The notes under the pieces were generated by a model. The model did no database searches, was not told the DNA's origin, and saw only the letters and a program-made list of their open reading frames with translations. Positions 57,757-64,000 of a DNA stretch of 64,000 nucleotides are shown here, piece by piece (position 1 is the stretch's first letter; every line of letters starts with the position of its first letter). The position numbers were made by a program, and so were the translations under genes. Source of the DNA: a bacterium (GTDB taxonomy: Bacteria > Joyebacterota > Joyebacteria > Joyebacterales > Joyebacteraceae); NCBI GenBank assembly GCA_025774545.1, contig JALGVU010000001.1, positions 28,573 to 92,572 of the forward strand, given 5' to 3'.

Positions 57757-58977
57757 ATGAAGGTGCTCGCCGCGAACAAGTATTACTTCGTCAAGGGCGG
57801 GGCCGAGCGCTACTTCTTCGAGCTCGCGCGCATTCTCGAGGAGCGCGGGCACAGCGTTGTTCCGTTCGCGATGCGGCACGAGCAGAACGAGGAGTCGCCG
57901 CACGCCGATCTCTTCGTCTCGCACGAGTCGTTCGACGGCGGTGCGGGGCCACTCGACCGGGTGAGGGCGGCGGCACGCGTCATCTACTCGCTCGAGGCGC
58001 GCAGGAAGATCGCCGCGCTCGTCGACCGGACGAGGCCGGACGTCGCGCACCTGCACAACATCGCGCATCAGCTCTCGCCGTCGATCCTGGTCGTGCTCCG
58101 GGCGAAGGGCGTCCCGGTCGTTCAGACGTTGCACGATTACAAGCTCGTGTGCCCGAACTACCAGATGTTCGTTCACGGGAAGACGTGCGAGCGCTGCCGC
58201 CGCTGGCGCTACTATCGGGCGTGCGTCCACCGCTGCATGCGCGGCTCGCTCGCGCAGAGCGCGCTCGTCTGTGCCGAGGCGTACATCCACAAGCTCCTCG
58301 GCACCTACTCGAAGAACGTCGACCTCTTCATCGCGCCGAGCCAGCAGCTCAGGGAACGCATGGTGAGGCACGGGGTCGACCCCGACCAGATCGTGCACCT
58401 GCCGTACTCGATCGCGCTCGACGGGTACGAGCCGCGGTACGATTCCGACGGGTACGCGATCTACGTCGGCCGCCTGTCGATCGGGAAGGGGCTCGAGACG
58501 CTCCTCTCGGCGCTCGGGAGGGCGCGAGACGTCCGCTTCAAGGTCATCGGGAGCGGGCCCTTGGCGGACGACCTCGAGGCGCGCGCCGCGCGCGAGGGGC
58601 TCACGAACGTCGAGTTCGTCGGGTACCGGACCGGGGCCGATCTGAAATCGATCGTCGCCGGTGCGCGATTCGTCGTCGTTCCGTCGGAGTGCTTCGAGAA
58701 CTCGCCGCTGACGGTCTACGAGGCGTTCGCGATGGGGAAACCCGTCGTCGGGTCTACGATCGGCGGCATACCCGAGCTCGTCCCGGAAGGAGAGGCGGGT
58801 CTCCTCTTCGAGCCCGGCGACGACGAGGCGTTGGCAGCGAGGCTCGTCGAACTCTGGAACGATCCGGACCGCTCGCGGGAGATGGGCCGGGCGGGACGGA
58901 AGAGGGTCGAGAGCGAATACGGACCGGAGCGGCACTACGAGAGGATCCGGTCCATCTACGAGAGGGTCACTCGGTGA
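57757..58977 (+). CDS. Glycosyltransferase family 4
   Basis: MKVLAANKYYF ... GGIPELV motifs. Start chosen at the ATG nearest the conserved N-terminus. Confidence 0.75.
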   Translation: MKVLAANKYYFVKGGAERYFFELARILEERGHSVVPFAMRHEQNEESPHADLFVSHESFDGGAGPLDRVRAAARVIYSLEARRKIAALVDRTRPDVAHLHNIAHQLSPSILVVLRAKGVPVVQTLHDYKLVCPNYQMFVHGKTCERCRRWRYYRACVHRCMRGSLAQSALVCAEAYIHKLLGTYSKNVDLFIAPSQQLRERMVRHGVDPDQIVHLPYSIALDGYEPRYDSDGYAIYVGRLSIGKGLETLLSALGRARDVRFKVIGSGPLADDLEARAAREGLTNVEFVGYRTGADLKSIVAGARFVVVPSECFENSPLTVYEAFAMGKPVVGSTIGGIPELVPEGEAGLLFEPGDDEALAARLVELWNDPDRSREMGRAGRKRVESEYGPERHYERIRSIYERVTR

Positions 58978-60071
58978 AGATCGCGATGCTCGGACAGAAG
59001 GGAATCCCCGCCACGTACGGTGGCATCGAGCGCCACGTGGAGGAGCTGGCGACGCGGCTGGTCGAGCGCGGGCACGAGGTCACCGTCTACTGCCGGCCGT
59101 ACTACACGAAGCAGACGGGCGAGTATCGCGGTGTGAAGCTGGCTCACGTCCCGAGCGTGCGCACGAAGCACCTCGACACGGCCACGCACTGCGCGTTCGC
59201 GATCCCGCACATCATGTTGCAGGACTTCGACGTCGTTCACTTCCACGCGCTCGGTCCCTCGCTCTTCGCGAGCCTCCCGCGCTTCAGAGGGATGAAGACC
59301 GTCGTCACGGTCCACGGGCTCGATTGGCAGAGGGAGAAGTGGGGCGTGGTGGCGACGTGGATCCTCAAGCGGTGCGAGTACACGGCGATCGTCTATCCGA
59401 GCAGGACCATCGTCGTCTCGAAAGCGCTCCGCGAGTACTTCCACGAGCAGCGCGAGGTGACCGTCACGTACATTCCGAACGGGACCGTCCTGCCGAACGT
59501 GCGGGAGGCGTCGAAGATTCGGGAGATGGGTATCGAGCCCGGGAGCTACATCCTTTTCGTCGGACGGCTCGTTCCCGAGAAGGGGTGTCACTACTTGCTC
59601 GACGCCTACCGGAAGGTCGACACGGACGCGGAGCTGATCATCGCCGGCGGCACGAGCTTCTCGAGCGACTACGTCGACAGGCTGCACCGGGCGGGCGGTG
59701 AGCGCACGCGCTTCCTGGGATACGTCTACGGCGACGTGCTCGACGAGCTGTACTCGAACGCGAGGATCTTCGTGCTTCCGTCCGACATCGAGGGGCTGCC
59801 GATAGCGCTTCTCGAGGCGATGAGCTTCGGAAACTGCTGTCTGACGAGCGACATCCCGGAGAACCTCGAGGTCATCGGTGACTGCGGCGTCACGTTCAAG
59901 AAGAGCGACCCCGACGACATGGCGGCGAAGCTCCAGCAGCTCCTCGCCGTGCCCGAGAGATGCCGCGCCATGGGCGACCGCGCCAGGCGTCACGTCCTCG
60001 AGACGTACGACTGGGACGGCGTGACCCTTCACACCGAGGCGATCTACTACACCATGTTGAGGGGCTTCTAG
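58974..60071 (+). CDS. Glycosyltransferase family 4
   Basis: GTG overlapping the upstream stop. GT4 fold (GGIERHV ..., LEAMSFGNCCL). Confidence 0.75.
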   Translation: MKIAMLGQKGIPATYGGIERHVEELATRLVERGHEVTVYCRPYYTKQTGEYRGVKLAHVPSVRTKHLDTATHCAFAIPHIMLQDFDVVHFHALGPSLFASLPRFRGMKTVVTVHGLDWQREKWGVVATWILKRCEYTAIVYPSRTIVVSKALREYFHEQREVTVTYIPNGTVLPNVREASKIREMGIEPGSYILFVGRLVPEKGCHYLLDAYRKVDTDAELIIAGGTSFSSDYVDRLHRAGGERTRFLGYVYGDVLDELYSNARIFVLPSDIEGLPIALLEAMSFGNCCLTSDIPENLEVIGDCGVTFKKSDPDDMAAKLQQLLAVPERCRAMGDRARRHVLETYDWDGVTLHTEAIYYTMLRGF

Positions 60072-60149
60072 GGGGCGTGGCGCTCGAGGATCGAGAGCCC
60101 CGGGGTGCCCGGAGGCGTCGCGCGATCCGCCCGAGTCGAGGGAGGAGGT

Positions 60150-61046
60150 TTGAGACCCTTGGACATCGCGTGCCTGCTCGAGGAGGAACGCGCGACGGTC
60201 GAGGAGGCGCTCGATCGCTTCCTCCCCGCCGAGGGGGAGTATCCCGCGCGCATCCACGAGGCCATCCGCTACTCGACGCTCGCCGGTGGAAAGAGGCTCC
60301 GGCCGATCATCGCGCTCGTGGCGACGCGGGCCCTGGGCCACGACGCCGGCAGGATCATCAAGTCGGCGTGCGCTCTCGAGTACGTCCACTCGTGCTCCCT
60401 CGTGCTCGACGATCTTCCCTCGATGGACGACGCGGAGTACCGGCGTGGCCGCCCCACGACGCACCGCGTCTTCGGCGTTGCGACCGGCATCCTCGCGGCC
60501 GACGCCCTTCTGATGCACGCCTTCAAGCTCGTGGCGGACAACGGAGTGGAATCGGACGCGGACGGTCCCCGGATCGCGGGAGCGATTCGGGAGCTCGCGA
60601 CGGCCGTGGGATCGTTCGGCATGGTCGGCGGGCAGCACGTCGACCTCGAGGTCGCGGGCCGGGGAACGATCGACCCCGAGACGCTCGAGTACATCCTGAG
60701 CAGGAAGACCGGCGCCCTCTTCGTGGTCTCCGCTCGTATCGGGGGCGTGCTTCTGGGCGCGTCGGAGGAGGACCTCGGGTCCCTCTCGATCTACGCACGC
60801 AATCTGGGCCTCGCGTACCAGATCGTCGACGACCTGCTCGACGTCGAGGGAGATCCCGACGTGATCGGCAAGGACGTCGGGAAGGACGCGGGCAAGAACA
60901 CGTTTGTGACCGTGCACGGTGTCGAGGCGGCGAGGGAGACGGCGAGGGCGCTCGTTCACGAGGCCAAGAGCGCGCTCGATCGCCTCGACGCCACGACCGC
61001 GCAGCTCCGCGAAATCGCGGACTACTGCCTGACGAGATCGCTCTGA
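60150..61046 (+). CDS. Polyprenyl diphosphate synthase (IspA/GGPPS family)
   Basis: First DDxxD-type motif LVLDDLPSMDD and second motif QIVDDLLD. TTG start preceded by GAGGGAGGAGG. Confidence 0.8.
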   Translation: MRPLDIACLLEEERATVEEALDRFLPAEGEYPARIHEAIRYSTLAGGKRLRPIIALVATRALGHDAGRIIKSACALEYVHSCSLVLDDLPSMDDAEYRRGRPTTHRVFGVATGILAADALLMHAFKLVADNGVESDADGPRIAGAIRELATAVGSFGMVGGQHVDLEVAGRGTIDPETLEYILSRKTGALFVVSARIGGVLLGASEEDLGSLSIYARNLGLAYQIVDDLLDVEGDPDVIGKDVGKDAGKNTFVTVHGVEAARETARALVHEAKSALDRLDATTAQLREIADYCLTRSL

Positions 61047-61065
61047 GAGAAGGCCCGGAGGTGTC

Positions 61066-62124
61066 GTGCGGCACGCCGTGATACTCGCGGGAGGATGGGG
61101 CGAACGGCTCTGGCCGATGAGCACGAGGGCGCGCCCGAAGCAGCTCCTCGCGCTCGCGGGGGAGGAGTCGCTCATCCGAGCGACCCTCGCGCGGGTGGCG
61201 CCGCTGGTCGACGGCGAGAGCACCCTCGTGATGACGGGGGAGAGGCTCGCCGGCCGCGTGGCGGAGGAGCTTCCGGACGTGCCCCGCGAGCGGGTGATCG
61301 GCGAGCCCGTGGGCAGGAACACGGCGCCGGCCATCGCGCTCGCGGCGCGCCTGCTCGTGCGGCGCGATCCCGAGGCCGTCATGGTCGTGCTTCCCGCCGA
61401 CCACGTCATCGCCGACGGCGCGGCCTTCAGGGACGTGCTGTCGCTCGCGTTCGAGGCCGCCCTGGCCGAGGGCGCGCTCGTGACGCTCGGGATCCGTCCC
61501 GGGCGGCCCGAGACCGAGTACGGGTACATCAAGGCAGGTTCGCCCGCCCGAACGGCGGGCGTGCTCGCAGTCGAGCGGTTCGTGGAGAAGCCCGACCGGG
61601 AGACGGCCGCGCGCTACCTCGCGGACGGGACGTACCTCTGGAACAGCGGCATCTTCATCTGGCGCGCCGACCGTTTCCTCGAGGAGGTCGGTAGGCTTCT
61701 CCCTGCGGTCGCTCGCGCCCTCGTCGGGGTCGAGGCCGGGCTCTCGTCGGCGAGCTTCGAGGGCGAGATGGCGAGGTACTACGAGGCGGTCCCGAGCATC
61801 TCGGTCGACTACGGGATCATGGAGAAGTCGGACGACGTCGTGGTCGTTCCGTGCGACGTCGGGTGGGACGACGTGGGCGCCTGGTCGGCGCTCGAGCGCG
61901 TGTGGACCGTCGATGCCGACGGAAACGCCGTGCGCGGCGAGTCCGTTGTTGTCGACTCGACCGGCTGCGTCGTCTACTCCGAGGCGGGCGTCACGGCCGT
62001 CGTCGGACTCAGGGACATCGTCGTTGCGAGGACGTCCGAGGGGACGCTCGTCGTACCGAAGGAGCGGGCCCGCGACGTTCGGAAGATCGTGGAGGAGTTG
62101 AAGCGCAGGGGGACGATCGGGTGA
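61066..62124 (+). CDS. manC: Mannose-1-phosphate guanylyltransferase (ManC/GMPP)
   Basis: N-terminus AVILAGGWGERLWP and a nucleotidyltransferase fold. 352 aa. Confidence 0.8.
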   Translation: MRHAVILAGGWGERLWPMSTRARPKQLLALAGEESLIRATLARVAPLVDGESTLVMTGERLAGRVAEELPDVPRERVIGEPVGRNTAPAIALAARLLVRRDPEAVMVVLPADHVIADGAAFRDVLSLAFEAALAEGALVTLGIRPGRPETEYGYIKAGSPARTAGVLAVERFVEKPDRETAARYLADGTYLWNSGIFIWRADRFLEEVGRLLPAVARALVGVEAGLSSASFEGEMARYYEAVPSISVDYGIMEKSDDVVVVPCDVGWDDVGAWSALERVWTVDADGNAVRGESVVVDSTGCVVYSEAGVTAVVGLRDIVVARTSEGTLVVPKERARDVRKIVEELKRRGTIG

Positions 62125-62339
62125 GGCGCCCAAGCTGCTGTCCGGGAGCGCGCGGCCGAAGACACCGCGCCCCCTCGGCCCCGCCGACCGTCCTGCGCCC
62201 AAGATGAGACGTGTCAAGATGGTCTCGCGGATCGACCGCCTGCGCCGTCTTGACTCCGATGGTCGATTCTGCTAGTCATTGGGACTCCGCGAGCGTGCGA
62301 GTCGGACGCTTGGTCTCAAGGGACTCACCAGGAGAAGGC

Positions 62340-63359
62340 ATGCCGCAGCTCAGGAAGGATCCGGTTCTCGGTCGCTGGGTCATCATCTCGACGGAGCGAG
62401 GGAAGCGACCGACGGACTTCGCGCACGCCCCGGAGGAGAAGAAGGGCGGCTTCTGCCCGTTCGACTACGGCAACGAGGACAAGACGCCGCCTGAGGTCAT
62501 GGCCTACCGCGAGAACGGGAGCAGCCCGGACAGCCCGGGATGGCAGGTCAGGGTCGTGCCCAACAAGTTCCCCGCGCTCGCGATCGAGGGCGAGGTCGAC
62601 CGCGCGGGCGAGGGAATGTACGACAAGATGAACGGGATCGGGGCGCACGAGGTGATCATCGAGACACCGGATCACGACGTCAGCTTCGCGGATCTGCCGC
62701 TTCCGCACATCGCTCTCGTGATCAAGGCCGCGCAGCAGCGGATGATCGATCTCCAGGGAGACACGCGCTTCAGGTACATCCAGCTGTTCCGGAATCGGGG
62801 ACAGGCCGCGGGCGCCTCACTCGAGCATCCGCACTCGCAGCTCATCGCGCTCCCCATTCTCCCGAAGCGGCTGACGGAGGAGCTCGGCGGCAGCAAGAAG
62901 TACTACGGCTACAAGGAGCGCTGCGTCTTCTGCGACATCATCGCGCAGGAGACGTGGACGAGGACGAGGGTCGTGTGCGAGAACGAGCAGTTCCTGACGA
63001 TCGTCCCGTTCGCGGCGCGGTTCCCCTTCGAGACCTGGATCCTGCCGAAGAAGCACTTCTCGTCGTTCGAGGTGATGGGTGACGACATGCGGCTCGCCTT
63101 CGCGCAGATCCTCAAGGAATCGCTCACGAGGATCAACATCGCGCTCGACGACGCGCCGTACAACTTCATCCTCCACACGTCACCGACCGGCGAGCGCGAC
63201 CTCAAGTACTACCACTGGCACATGGAGATCATGCCGAAGCTCACGAAGGTCGCGGGATTCGAGTGGGGATCCGGTTTCTACATCAACCCGACGCCGCCCG
63301 AGGAGGCGGCGAAGTACCTGCGGGACGTCGAGATCCCGCGAGAGGAGACGTGCGCTTGA
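62340..63359 (+). CDS. GalT-like HIT-family hexose-1-phosphate nucleotidyltransferase (galactose-1-P uridylyltransferase / ADP-glucose phosphorylase-like)
   Basis: CPFDYG Zn motif and HPHSQLIALP (HxHxQ) active site. SD AGGAGAAGG. Confidence 0.7.
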   Translation: MPQLRKDPVLGRWVIISTERGKRPTDFAHAPEEKKGGFCPFDYGNEDKTPPEVMAYRENGSSPDSPGWQVRVVPNKFPALAIEGEVDRAGEGMYDKMNGIGAHEVIIETPDHDVSFADLPLPHIALVIKAAQQRMIDLQGDTRFRYIQLFRNRGQAAGASLEHPHSQLIALPILPKRLTEELGGSKKYYGYKERCVFCDIIAQETWTRTRVVCENEQFLTIVPFAARFPFETWILPKKHFSSFEVMGDDMRLAFAQILKESLTRINIALDDAPYNFILHTSPTGERDLKYYHWHMEIMPKLTKVAGFEWGSGFYINPTPPEEAAKYLRDVEIPREETCA

Positions 63360-64000
63360 GAATCCTGCTTGCATCAGCCGAGGTGGCGCCGTTCGCGAGG
63401 GTCGGAGGACTCTCCGACGTCGTCGGCGCGCTCGCGAAGGACATGGCGGCGGCCGGACACGAGGTCTCGGTCTTCCTTCCCAGATACGCAGCGATCGACG
63501 GGGAGAAGTTCGGGATCGAGAGGGTCGCCGAGATCGGGTCGCTGGCCGTCCGCATGGGCGATCGCGACGAGACGGTCGAGATCCATCGTTCGGAGATGCC
63601 CGGGGGGGCCGGCGTCTCCGTCTACTACGTGTGGCACGAGGGCTACTTCGGCCGCGACGGAATCTACGTCGACCCGGAGACGGGGGAGGGTTACCCCGAT
63701 GAGGTCTCTCGCTACGCCCTCTTCTCTCGCGCCCTCATACTCGCGGCGCGTGAGCTCAAGCTCAGGCCCGACGTGATCCACCTGAACGATCACCACACGG
63801 CGCTCGCCGCCGCCTATCTCCGCGAGTACCACAGGGACGACCCCGATCTCGGGACGCCCGGGATCGTCTTCAGCATCCACAACCTCGGTTATCAGGGCAT
63901 CTTCGACAAGGGTCTGCTTCCCGAACTCGGCATCCCCGCTGAGCTCGCCGCTCCCGGAGGCCCGCTCGAGTTCCACGGGCAGGCAAGCGCCATGAAGCTC
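63356..64000 (+). CDS. glgA: Glycogen synthase GlgA, N-terminal part; continues past window end
   Basis: TTG start overlaps the upstream stop. N-terminus LRILLASAEVAPFARVGGLSDVVGAL (KxGGL-type motif) and HLNDHHTAL. Confidence 0.8.
   Translation, partial: MRILLASAEVAPFARVGGLSDVVGALAKDMAAAGHEVSVFLPRYAAIDGEKFGIERVAEIGSLAVRMGDRDETVEIHRSEMPGGAGVSVYYVWHEGYFGRDGIYVDPETGEGYPDEVSRYALFSRALILAARELKLRPDVIHLNDHHTALAAAYLREYHRDDPDLGTPGIVFSIHNLGYQGIFDKGLLPELGIPAELAAPGGPLEFHGQASAMKL

Noticed and set aside
58956-61532. 858-aa minus-strand ORF antisense to GT4/ispA/manC
   Set aside because: Antisense artefact; the + strand genes have clear family motifs.
62248-62277. Possible promoter TTGACT-17-TAGTCA upstream of the galT-like gene
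   Set aside because: The -10 matches only 2/6 positions, which is too weak to report.

Overview
The window is a high-GC (about 70% by eye) bacterial chromosomal segment. It is almost entirely coding on the + strand and devoted to cell-envelope biogenesis. The gene order (lpxC-fabZ fusion, TamB next to BamA) suggests an FCB-group or Gemmatimonadota-like organism, but that is inference only.

Features in order:
- 3' part of a clpC-like AAA+ gene (continues upstream of the window).
- tamB-bamA-skp-lpxD-lpxC/fabZ-lpxA outer-membrane and lipid A block, followed by an intrinsic terminator.
- A second lipid A unit: Gfo/Idh/MocA oxidoreductase, lpxB, DUF374 acyltransferase, waaA, lpxK.
- nadA and nadB.
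- A complete AmmeMemoRadiSam triad (Memo-AMMECR1 fusion plus radical SAM).
- A secreted beta-helix protein.
- A convergent minus-strand fused MFS/spermidine-synthase.
- An LPS-core cluster: four GT9 heptosyltransferase-like genes, msbA, three GT4/GT1 genes, an O-antigen-ligase-like gene and gmhB.
- DUF3108 and deoxyhypusine-synthase-like genes.
- A roughly 300 bp AT-richer non-coding leader with promoter and terminator.
- A Wzx/Wzy-type exopolysaccharide locus: sugar-1-P transferase, ArnT-like GT, Wza, Wzz, ExeA-like ATPase-SPOR, degenerate BY-kinase, Wzy, six GT4 genes, heparinase II/III-like, algD-like, radical SAM, ispA-like, manC.
- A galT-like HIT gene and the start of glgA.

Most unusual observations:
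1. A tandem 18/20-nt repeat array at 35923..36080 that encodes a chain of ATGA-overlapping micro-ORFs (MTRGCG hexapeptide repeats) linking a glycosyltransferase stop to the O-antigen-ligase start.
2. A lipoprotein-signal Memo-AMMECR1 fusion paired with a membrane-anchored radical SAM enzyme.
3. A promoter/structured-leader/terminator element directly upstream of the polysaccharide priming transferase.
4. A BY-kinase homolog with a Walker A lysine substituted.

No tRNA, rRNA, CRISPR or mobile elements were recognised.
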